Program-made: the position numbers and the translations under genes | From: Pseudomonadota bacterium | Lineage (GTDB): Bacteria; Pseudomonadota; Alphaproteobacteria; Rhizobiales; Rhizobiaceae | Direction: 5' to 3' | Length of the DNA stretch: 64,000 nt | NCBI GenBank assembly: GCA_038529265.1 | Contig: JBCBDX010000008.1 | Coordinates: 76,294-140,293 of the forward strand | Shown here: positions 8,481-16,354 of the stretch, piece after piece | How the letters are laid out: each line of letters opens with the position of its first letter | Numbering within the stretch: position 1 is the stretch's first letter | The notes under the pieces: generated by a model | Seen by the model: the letters and a program-made list of their open reading frames with translations, nothing else | What the model was told of the DNA's origin: nothing | Database searches by the model: none

Positions 8481-11377
8481 AGCTTTTGTTTAAGCGCTTG
8501 AAGTTTGGCGAATGGAGAGTCGGGATCCGCCGTCTTTTCACGAGGCGGCTTGGCGGAATGAACGCGTTTACCACCGTCCGGTCGATCGTCGCGTTTTCCT
8601 TTAAATTTCTGACCGCCTTTACGCTGCCCGCGCCCTTTTTCGCTATCGCGCTGCTGGTTATGGCCACCGCGATTTTGCATGGCTCGACTGCGGTTCTCTG
8701 GTCGACCCTGGCGCCACACCAGAACCGGCTTTGGTTCTGGTGCAGGCTCCGTTTCGGCCACTGTCTCGGCAGATGCTGCTTGATTGACTGCGGGTTCAAC
8801 CGCTGATGCCTCAGCTTCAACAGCCGGCGCTTCCGTTGGAGCGTCCTCATCCTTGTTAAGTGCAGGCTCAGGCTCCTTGGAGCCAAACGCTTCACGAAGT
8901 TGGGCTAGATGTTCGTCAGCCTGCGCCGGCTCGATAGTCTCGTGGCGATAGCCAAGCGCTTTTAGAACTGCCTCCATATCATCTGCTGTTGCCCCAAGGA
9001 TGGACATCATGGCCGGTGTCACAATGAATTTGCTATCGCCCCAAGCGCCATCGGGCAGCTCTTCTGTACCTTTTTTCCAGTACAGAGCCGGACGGATGAG
9101 GTCTGCGAGGCGTTCAAGGATATCAACACGTACGGCGCGCGGGCCCAAATGCCGGTAGCCTGCCAGTTTGAAGAAGGTTTCATCATAGCCCTGATCGGTA
9201 ACCAGGGAGGTGCGTCCGGTCGAAAGAAGATGGACCACATCGCCATAGCCGGTTTTCTCGCGGCCATTATTTTGCAGGCCCCAAAGAAGCGTGACCAGTT
9301 CGGCCGGTGCTGGCTTGATCAGCGCTGGAACGAAGATGTGGTAGAAGCCGAAACGCACACCGTACCGACGGAGCGCCGCGCGACCGTCTTGATCCAGGGA
9401 CTTCACATCAGCGGCCACTTCGCGCCGCTGCACAATACCTTGGTTTTCAATAAGCCGGAACGCAATGCCGCGCGCCATTCCCGAAAGTTCGTCTGCCTTT
9501 TGCAGATCAGTCAGGGGTTTGAGATGTGTCTCGACGTGAAATTGAACAAAACGATCAACTCGGCTTTGGACTTTCTCCAATGACGGACCTGTGAGTTGTT
9601 CATCGGCCAATAGGATTGCCCGAGGCTTCAGCCAGTCTTCGCTAGAGGTTAGTGACGCGATCGGGCTGCCGAGCCATCGCACAAGACCATCTGCGCCGAT
9701 GGCAAGATCGCCGTTGGCGCATATGCCTAGCCTGTCGGCACGTTGCTCAAATGCGCCAGCTAAAGCTTTTGCGGATGCCGCCTTAACGGCTTTTGCATCT
9801 TCACCCGAAGCTTCCTTGTCGGGCGTAAACCTGAACCCTTCCAACTTACCGACATGATGGCCCTCGACGGTTACGTCGCCGGTGTCAGATATTTCAGCTG
9901 TCATAGTCGCATTCTCTTTTAGCCGCTTCATGAGCACCGATGTCCTGCGGTCAACGAAGCGTTTCGTCAACCGCTCGTGCAGGGCGTCGGATAATTTGTC
10001 TTCTATGATACGTGTCTTTTCGCGCCAGTGATGCTGATCTGCCAGCCAGTTTGGTTGATTGGCAACATAAGTCCACGTCCGAATTTGTGCGATCCGGTGC
10101 GAAAGAGTGTCGATTTCTCCATCTGTGCGATCTGCCCGTCTGACTTGCTCAGCCATATAATCTTCATCAACATGGCCTTTTCCTGTCAGATCGAAAAACA
10201 GTTGACTGATAATATCGGCATGTTGTGCGGGCGCAATCTTGCGATAATCAGGCAAAGTGCACGTTTCCCACAAAAGTTCGACGCTGGCTGATGTTCCACA
10301 TCGGCTTACAACGTCTTCATCGCGCGCCAAAAACTCCAGCGCACGTTGATCAACGGCCGGCAGCGCGCGTGTCAGACCGTTGGTGTTGGGAACAATTTCC
10401 AATGATAATCGCAGATCATCGAGGGAGGAAAAATCCAAGCGCCTGTTTCGCCATTGCAGCATGGAAATAGGCTGAAAGTCATGCGCCTCAATTTGCATGA
10501 CAAGATCGTCTGAAAGTGGATCGCTATGCCCTGAAGTGCCAAACGTTCCGTCCTTGATGTGACGCCCCGCGCGACCAGCAATTTGACCCATTTCCGGCGG
10601 TGTCAGGTCGCGGTAACTGTAACCGTCAAACTTTCGCGTTTGCGCAAACGCCACGTGATCGACATTGAGGTTCAAACCCATGCCAATCGCGTCTGTTGCC
10701 ACTAGATAGTCGACTTCTCCAGACTGATACAGCTCAACCTGAGCGTTGCGTGTGCGGGGAGACAGGGCACCCATGACAATTGCTGCGCCCCCGCGTTGGC
10801 GACGGATGAGTTCGGCAATCGCGTACACCTCGCTGGCCGAAAAAGCGACGATGGCACTTCGTCTTGGCAATCTTGTTACTTTGGAAACACCCGCATAGGC
10901 CAGATGGGATAAGCGTGGTCGCGAGACGATAGAAATACCCGGTAGCAACTGCCGCAATATAGGCGCTGCAGTCCCGGCACCGAGGAGAAGGGTCTCCTCG
11001 CGGCCCCGTACATTGAGAACTCGGTCGGTAAAAATGTGCCCGCGTTCAAGATCAGCAGCCAGTTGAACTTCATCTATGGCAACAAATGCGACATCAGGGT
11101 TGCGTGGCATCGCTTCGACTGTACAAACGGAGAAGCGCGCTTTTGGTGGCACAATTTTTTCTTCGCCCGTGATAAGCGCCACACTTTTTTCACCTACTTT
11201 TTCCGCAACGCGCGTGTAAACCTCACGCGCTAGCAAGCGCAGCGGCAATCCAATGACGCCCGATGAATGGGACACCATGCGCTCAATGGCCAGATGGGTT
11301 TTACCGGTATTAGTGGGCCCGAGAACGGCCTGAACGTCTCGGCCGGAGTAAATTACGGGTTGACTTGTGTCCCGCAT
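8477..11377 (-). CDS. ATP-dependent helicase (Suv3-like, superfamily 2) with a basic C-terminal tail
   Basis: GPTNTGKTH Walker A, DEVQ box (AIDEVQ), a helicase C domain (TDAIGMGLN), and an RG/K-rich tail. This is the conserved alphaproteobacterial partner of the S4/fdxA/carD genes. Confidence 0.8.
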   Translation of the reverse strand: MRDTSQPVIYSGRDVQAVLGPTNTGKTHLAIERMVSHSSGVIGLPLRLLAREVYTRVAEKVGEKSVALITGEEKIVPPKARFSVCTVEAMPRNPDVAFVAIDEVQLAADLERGHIFTDRVLNVRGREETLLLGAGTAAPILRQLLPGISIVSRPRLSHLAYAGVSKVTRLPRRSAIVAFSASEVYAIAELIRRQRGGAAIVMGALSPRTRNAQVELYQSGEVDYLVATDAIGMGLNLNVDHVAFAQTRKFDGYSYRDLTPPEMGQIAGRAGRHIKDGTFGTSGHSDPLSDDLVMQIEAHDFQPISMLQWRNRRLDFSSLDDLRLSLEIVPNTNGLTRALPAVDQRALEFLARDEDVVSRCGTSASVELLWETCTLPDYRKIAPAQHADIISQLFFDLTGKGHVDEDYMAEQVRRADRTDGEIDTLSHRIAQIRTWTYVANQPNWLADQHHWREKTRIIEDKLSDALHERLTKRFVDRRTSVLMKRLKENATMTAEISDTGDVTVEGHHVGKLEGFRFTPDKEASGEDAKAVKAASAKALAGAFEQRADRLGICANGDLAIGADGLVRWLGSPIASLTSSEDWLKPRAILLADEQLTGPSLEKVQSRVDRFVQFHVETHLKPLTDLQKADELSGMARGIAFRLIENQGIVQRREVAADVKSLDQDGRAALRRYGVRFGFYHIFVPALIKPAPAELVTLLWGLQNNGREKTGYGDVVHLLSTGRTSLVTDQGYDETFFKLAGYRHLGPRAVRVDILERLADLIRPALYWKKGTEELPDGAWGDSKFIVTPAMMSILGATADDMEAVLKALGYRHETIEPAQADEHLAQLREAFGSKEPEPALNKDEDAPTEAPAVEAEASAVEPAVNQAASAETVAETEPAPEPKPVLVWRQGRPENRSRAMQNRGGHNQQRDSEKGRGQRKGGQKFKGKRDDRPDGGKRVHSAKPPREKTADPDSPFAKLQALKQKL

Positions 11378-11550
11378 GGTGAGCGCGCGCTCCTTATGGC
11401 AGCCGGGACATTTTAGTGCCCCAGCGCGTTATTTGGTGTTTCTGCTGCTGGTTACCACGCCCGAGCATATTTGAAAGGTTGTATTTGTGGGGTGCGTCGG
11501 CAGAATTCTGCAGCCTTTGGTTGCATCCGTTTACAACCAGAACGAGTCGC

Positions 11551-11590
11551 GAACGAATCGGCGACGAATCAGTGATTCACGAAAATCACA
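11551..11590 (+). repeat. copy A of a duplicated intergenic module (GAACGAATCGGCGACGAATCA..CGAAAATCACA)
   Basis: Matches 11822-11853: the first 21 nt are 19/21 identical and the last 11 nt are 10/11 identical. Copy A carries an extra 8 nt, GTGATTCA. Confidence 0.7.
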
Positions 11591-11723
11591 TTTTGTTCTC
11601 ATACAATATGTAGTGGTTTTTTCCCACAGTTCTCTAGATACTGAATCCTGTTTTCCGTCTATGCTGGAATAATCGCGCCGTGCGTTAACACTTTTTGATC
11701 GGATGTTTTTCCAGCGAATGCTA

Positions 11724-11732
11724 AGTGGATAA
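11724..11732 (-). promoter_or_regulatory. DnaA-box-like 9-mer (TTATCCACT on the minus strand)
   Basis: 8/9 match to the TTATCCACA consensus. This is a single site, so by itself it is not evidence of an origin. Confidence 0.3.
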
Positions 11733-11755
11733 GTATCTGAAAACGCGCGTAAATT

Positions 11756-11771
11756 TTAACTATCTATTAAC
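11756..11771 (+). promoter_or_regulatory. CtrA-box consensus TTAA-N7-TTAAC
   Basis: TTAACTATCTATTAAC is read directly. It is an exact match to the Caulobacter-type CtrA recognition pattern. Confidence 0.4.
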
Positions 11772-11821
11772 CATGTTTGTTAGCTTTTTGTTAAGCTGAG
11801 TTAATTTTCAGAACTCCAAGA

Positions 11822-11853
11822 GAACGAATCATCGACGAATCACGACAATCACA
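11822..11853 (+). repeat. copy B of the duplicated intergenic module (GAACGAATCATCGACGAATCACGACAATCACA)
   Basis: See copy A. The palindrome CGTGATTCACG follows at 11886-11896. Confidence 0.7.
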
Positions 11854-12028
11854 ATGTTCCTATTTTGATCTCACAAGATGTTGTGCGTGATTCACGCAAA
11901 CAGACACAACCAGGACGAGTCCGGGTAGGTTCACACCGTCGGATTCAATGTCAAACGTTAACAGAAGGCTGTCAGTTCAAATAAGTGACCATATTAACAC
12001 GTGACTATTTAGACACATAATAAGCGCC

Positions 12029-12808
12029 ATGGATGTTATTTTCAAAGCACTCAGTGATGAGACCCGTCGTCGTCTGCTCGACATGCTTCACAAGCGTGAT
12101 GGTCAGACCTTGACGGAGCTTGAGGAGAAGCTCGGCATGACACGCTTTGGTGTCATGAAGCATCTCAGAGTTTTGGAAGAGGCATCCTTGGTGGTCACGC
12201 GGCGATCCGGACGCTTCAAGTATCACTACCTCAATGCGGTTCCGCTTCAGCAGGTCATCGACCGATGGATCGAGCCGCTCACGCAGAAACCGATGGCCCG
12301 TGCGGCCCTTGATCTGAAGGCAAGACTTGAAGGAACCGAAACAATGAATTCCATGACCATAGACGATACCAAGCCGGATTTCGTGCTTGAAACCTATATA
12401 AAGACTTCAGTTGAAAAATTGTGGGCCGCCCTGACAAGCGGCGAGCATACCAAGAATTATCACTTTGCTGCCGCGGAGGTAAAAACCGACCTGAAAAAGG
12501 GTGGACGTTTTGACCACATCCTGCCGGATGGCTCGCTGATGCTGGGCGGTGAAATTTTAGACATCGATCCGCCAACGCGTCTCGACATCACATTTGAACC
12601 TGGATGGATGGGACCCGACGCGAAAGCATCACGTTGCGTTTATGAAGTTGAGGCTGAGGGTGATCACTGCAAACTCACCGTGCTGCATTTTGCCTTGCCG
12701 GCAGATCAGGAGGGTGTTCGCGATGGTTGGGCGAGGGTCATTTCAGCAATGAAAACCTATCTGGAAACCGACCGACCGACTATTTTTACGGCTAATAGTG
12801 AGGTTTGA
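12029..12808 (+). CDS. ArsR/SmtB-type winged-helix regulator fused to an SRPBCC (AHSA1-like) domain
   Basis: The N-terminus FKALSDETRRRLLDMLHKRDGQTLTELEEKLGMTRFGVMKHLRVLEEASLV is an ArsR HTH. The C-terminal ~150 aa look like an Aha1/START-like fold (TYIKTSVEKLWAALT...). Confidence 0.75.
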   Translation: MDVIFKALSDETRRRLLDMLHKRDGQTLTELEEKLGMTRFGVMKHLRVLEEASLVVTRRSGRFKYHYLNAVPLQQVIDRWIEPLTQKPMARAALDLKARLEGTETMNSMTIDDTKPDFVLETYIKTSVEKLWAALTSGEHTKNYHFAAAEVKTDLKKGGRFDHILPDGSLMLGGEILDIDPPTRLDITFEPGWMGPDAKASRCVYEVEAEGDHCKLTVLHFALPADQEGVRDGWARVISAMKTYLETDRPTIFTANSEV

Positions 12809-12811
12809 TCC

Positions 12812-13216
12812 ATGACCACTGAGCTGTTTTATCTCACTTTGACTTCGCTTCTGCTGGCCAGTCTTTGGGTGCCTTATATCATCGGCGTGAACATGAACGC
12901 CACGCAGGAGACGGCCGATTTCACCCAGCCGCCAGACAAGTCTGGTCTGCCGAAATGGGTGCGTCGCGCTGACCGAGCGCACATCAATTTGGTGGAACAA
13001 TATGCGCCTTACGCGGTGCTCATCGTCTTGCTACACATTCAAGGCGTATCCAATAGTTGGACCGTGGGTGTTGCGATGGCTTTTTTCTATCTTCGGGTTG
13101 CCCATGCAATTGGCATGATCACTGCTGTGGCGCGTTTTCCGGCTCGACCGATTATTTTCACCGGTGCATGGCTTTGCATCGTCGTCTTGGGTTGGCAGTT
13201 GATCGCCAATGGTTAG
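12812..13216 (+). CDS. MAPEG family membrane protein (glutathione-transferase-like)
   Basis: 134 aa with 4 predicted TM segments and an RAHINLVEQ(Y)AP motif typical of MAPEG. It starts 3 nt after the ArsR-SRPBCC gene. Confidence 0.7.
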   Translation: MTTELFYLTLTSLLLASLWVPYIIGVNMNATQETADFTQPPDKSGLPKWVRRADRAHINLVEQYAPYAVLIVLLHIQGVSNSWTVGVAMAFFYLRVAHAIGMITAVARFPARPIIFTGAWLCIVVLGWQLIANG

Positions 13217-13887
13217 GTAGATTTGGCCGCAGTAATGGCTGCATCGATCATTGCAAATGCATCCGGGCTTGCCCATTGGGCTGGCCCGTTCATATTGGCG
13301 ATCACGCGGTTTTGCTGATCGATCAGAAGTGTGACGGGGAGGCCAAAGGCCAAACTCTGTTTTTTCAATTCCGTGAACACGCCTATCGACGGGTCGTGAT
13401 AAAATGGCAGTGTCGTCAGCCCGATCTCTTGGTAAAAGTTGCGCGGCTTTTCTGGGCCGCCACCATCCACTGAAATGGCGACGACGCCAAATTCGTCACC
13501 GCCACGCTCGGCTTGCAACGTCTCCAGATATGGCATTTCCTCGCGGCACGGGGCGCACCATGTGGCCCAAAGGTTCACAAGTCGAACTTTGGCACCTGTG
13601 TCGGCCATCGTGATTGGCCTGCCATTGCTATCGTTAAAGGTGAGTCCACCAAGATCTTCGCTCGGGTTCCTGATAGCCATGGCTGCGACATCACCCTGAA
13701 TAGTGGGCTCAACAGCAGCTTTAATGGCTTCCAGCGCCGTGTCATTTGATGCTTGCCCATTGCCAGAACCATCTGAGCAGCCGTATACGCCAAGCGCTGT
13801 CGCGCTCAGGGCAGCGGTTAATCCGCTCGTGCGCACCAAGAGTTTGCGACGAGATATAGTTTTAGACACCGGTATTTGTGCTGACAT
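13213..13887 (-). CDS. TlpA-family periplasmic thiol:disulfide oxidoreductase
   Basis: [13 protein letters not shown] thioredoxin motif plus an N-terminal signal/anchor. The ORF track starts at TTG 13899, but ATG 13887 is the more likely start. Confidence 0.85.
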   Translation of the reverse strand: MSAQIPVSKTISRRKLLVRTSGLTAALSATALGVYGCSDGSGNGQASNDTALEAIKAAVEPTIQGDVAAMAIRNPSEDLGGLTFNDSNGRPITMADTGAKVRLVNLWATWCAPCREEMPYLETLQAERGGDEFGVVAISVDGGGPEKPRNFYQEIGLTTLPFYHDPSIGVFTELKKQSLAFGLPVTLLIDQQNRVIANMNGPAQWASPDAFAMIDAAITAAKST

Positions 13888-15304
13888 GACTTCTTCCAAA
13901 AAAACTGACGGTCAGAGTTCCAACCAAATGTGGGGCGGACGTTTCGCATCCGGCCTCTCTGCGATCATGGAAGAAATCAACGCTTCTATCGACTTTGACA
14001 AGATATTGTACGAACAGGACATTGAGGGCTCCATCGCTCATGCCACCATGTTGGCCGCCTGTGGCATAATTTCAAATGAAGATCGCGATGAAATCATTCA
14101 CGGCTTGAACACAATCAAGTCAGAAATTGCTGACGAAGAGTTCGCTTTTTCCCGCTCACTTGAAGATATTCATATGAATATTGAAGCGCGTTTGCGCGAG
14201 CTGATTGGAGATGCAGCTGGTCGGCTTCACACCGCGCGTTCGCGCAATGATCAAGTGGCGCTAGATTTTCGTCTTTGGGTGCGCGATGAAACCAGAAGCA
14301 CATGTGCGGCGCTCAAGGGAATGATTGGCGTATTTGTTGATCGTGCCGAAGAACATGTGGCAACGGTGATGCCCGGCTTTACGCATCTTCAAACAGCGCA
14401 ACCGGTAACATTTGGGCACCATATGCTCGCCTATGCGGAAATGATTGGTCGCGACCTTTCTCGGTTTTTCGACAATCTGTCACGTATGGATGAATCACCG
14501 CTTGGCGCTGCTGCGCTGGCGGGCACCGGTTTTCCAATTGATCGGCATATGACCGCGGAGGCATTGGGCTTTGCTGGTCCAACCCGCAACTCCATTGACT
14601 CAGTATCAGATCGTGACTTTGCACTCGACTTCCTGTCAGCTGCATCCATCTGCGCCACGCACCTGTCGCGATTGGCCGAAGAAATAGTGATCTGGTCGAC
14701 GCCGCAATTTGGCTTTGTGACGCTGTCTGACTCCTTTTCAACCGGTTCGTCCATCATGCCGCAGAAGAAAAACCCTGATGCTGCGGAACTGGTGCGTGCC
14801 AAAACCGGCCGTATCAACGGTTCCTTGCTGGCTTTGCTTACGGTTATGAAAGGCCTCCCACTGACTTATTCAAAGGACATGCAGGAAGATAAGGAACAGG
14901 TGTTTAATGCAGCCAAGTCGTTAGAACTGGCCATCGCTGCCATGACCGGCATGGTTGCTGACATGGCTATTAACGCGAAAGCCATGGCAAAAGCTGCAGG
15001 TTCGGGCTACTCGACCGCCACCGATTTGGCCGACTGGCTGGTACGTGAGGCCGGTATTCCCTTTCGCGATGCACATCACGTGACGGGAAGGGCAGTTGCT
15101 CTTGCCTCAGACCGCGGGGTCGGTCTGGAAAGACTACCCTTGCCAGACCTCCAAGCTATTCATGGTGACATCACTGAAGACATTTACAGCGTGCTGACGC
15201 CGAAAAAGTCAGCGGCAAGCCGTACCAGTTTTGGCGGCACTGCGCCCTCGGAAGTACGCAAGCAGGTGCGAGCTTGGAAAAAGCGATTGGCAAAACTGGC
15301 TTGA
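13886..15304 (+). CDS. argH: argininosuccinate lyase
   Basis: [23 protein letters not shown]... and the [12 protein letters not shown] signature. The ORF-track start at 13703 lies inside tlpA and is rejected. Confidence 0.92.
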   Translation: MTSSKKTDGQSSNQMWGGRFASGLSAIMEEINASIDFDKILYEQDIEGSIAHATMLAACGIISNEDRDEIIHGLNTIKSEIADEEFAFSRSLEDIHMNIEARLRELIGDAAGRLHTARSRNDQVALDFRLWVRDETRSTCAALKGMIGVFVDRAEEHVATVMPGFTHLQTAQPVTFGHHMLAYAEMIGRDLSRFFDNLSRMDESPLGAAALAGTGFPIDRHMTAEALGFAGPTRNSIDSVSDRDFALDFLSAASICATHLSRLAEEIVIWSTPQFGFVTLSDSFSTGSSIMPQKKNPDAAELVRAKTGRINGSLLALLTVMKGLPLTYSKDMQEDKEQVFNAAKSLELAIAAMTGMVADMAINAKAMAKAAGSGYSTATDLADWLVREAGIPFRDAHHVTGRAVALASDRGVGLERLPLPDLQAIHGDITEDIYSVLTPKKSAASRTSFGGTAPSEVRKQVRAWKKRLAKLA

Positions 15305-15357
15305 GCATTATCGACATTGGTGCAAACTAGCTTCCGATAGGTTTTTGGGGGCTCCAA

Positions 15358-16041
15358 ATGTCGAACAATGGGCCGAGTGCAGAGCAGGTTGCTGCCGCGT
15401 ATCGCATGCAGCAAATCGAAGCTGAAATGCGCGTGCTTCAGCCAGACCGATATAAAGAGTACCGAAGTGCAAAGTTGGGCGAAGGCTTACTCGCTTTCGG
15501 TTCGCTCTTTGGCAGCTTTGCTATCGGTGCGAAGATGGGCGTTGATGCGGCATCATTCTTTCCCTTTGTGCTGGTGTTCGGGATTGGGATCGTCATTTTT
15601 GCTTGGTTGATGACAAAAGGGCGAGCCGCACAAATGCGTGCCCGGTTTGAGACCAAACGCATTCTTGAAGAACATAAGAGCAAGAAAATGGTCAAGGAAA
15701 TCAATCAACGCATTTCTGACGATGAAGCAATGCGTATAGGTGACACGATCATAGCCCATGAAGGCGCGACAATCGTCAACAAGTCGATTATCGTAAACTC
15801 ATTTTACTCGCTAAACGAGCGTAACCCCGAGCTTGCGCAAGCGCTGAAACAGCTTGCCGGCTATGTTGAAGCTTCAGGCGACAAGAATGCGGGTGAGGCC
15901 TTTGATAATCTGGTTGAGGCAGTCGATAATTCCGAAAAGCCTTCGGTCATCCGGGCGTTTTGGAACGATCTGGTCAACATCATGCCGGATGTAGAAAAAG
16001 TCGGAACCGCCGCAGTGGCCATCACCAAACTCTTTTTGTAG
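15358..16041 (+). CDS. hypothetical two-TM membrane protein, no recognisable family
   Basis: 227 aa. Two hydrophobic helices (LLAFGSLFGSFAIGAKMGV and FFPFVLVFGIGIVIFAWLM) are followed by a ~140-aa soluble, helix-rich C-terminal part. Confidence 0.55.
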   Translation: MSNNGPSAEQVAAAYRMQQIEAEMRVLQPDRYKEYRSAKLGEGLLAFGSLFGSFAIGAKMGVDAASFFPFVLVFGIGIVIFAWLMTKGRAAQMRARFETKRILEEHKSKKMVKEINQRISDDEAMRIGDTIIAHEGATIVNKSIIVNSFYSLNERNPELAQALKQLAGYVEASGDKNAGEAFDNLVEAVDNSEKPSVIRAFWNDLVNIMPDVEKVGTAAVAITKLFL

Positions 16042-16146
16042 CTTGGCTTGTACCTTTTGCAACGTTGGCCAATCGCGGTTTTGCAACCTCTTGCGTTAAG
16101 TGCCTATTTGGCGCAGAGACGCTTTAGCAATCGCGGAGAAAGTCAG

Positions 16147-16335
16147 ATGGTCTTTGGCCGGTGTTTAAATTGGTTTGCAGCTATTGTCTTGCTGGCCGCA
16201 CTTGCTGCCTGTGGGCGTGCTGGTGACTTGGAGCCACCGCCCGGTTCGGTAACCGCACCATCTCAAAACCAAGAGGGCCAAGCACAGGAAGCACCTGTTG
16301 AGGACAAACCGTTCGTACTCGATGGTCTTCTTTAA
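16147..16335 (+). CDS. small lipoprotein (LptM/YifL-like) preceding lysA
   Basis: Internal ATG of ORF 16048..16335 with GGAGA upstream. MVFGRCLNWFAAIVLLAALAAC lipobox, then a short P/Q/E-rich tail. Confidence 0.6.
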   Translation: MVFGRCLNWFAAIVLLAALAACGRAGDLEPPPGSVTAPSQNQEGQAQEAPVEDKPFVLDGLL

Positions 16336-16354
16336 ACCGAGCTGAGCCTGAACC

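Larger units (their letters stand above)
11544..11946. promoter_or_regulatory. cluster of 10 GANTC (CcrM-type methylation) sites in the long intergenic gap
   Basis: GANTC sites at 11544, 11555, 11566, 11574, 11643, 11826, 11837, 11889, 11927 and 11942 (first base). Counted by eye. Confidence 0.6.

Noticed and set aside
8455-8895. 146-aa minus-strand and 114-aa plus-strand ORFs at the 3' end of the helicase gene
   Set aside because: They are alternative or antisense frames across the repetitive basic (RG/K) tail of the helicase.
11416-11672. Small plus-strand ORFs (65 and 61 aa) inside the GANTC-dense gap
   Set aside because: They have no RBS and an implausible composition. The repeats and palindromes suggest DNA- or RNA-level function. 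I cannot fully exclude a micro-protein.
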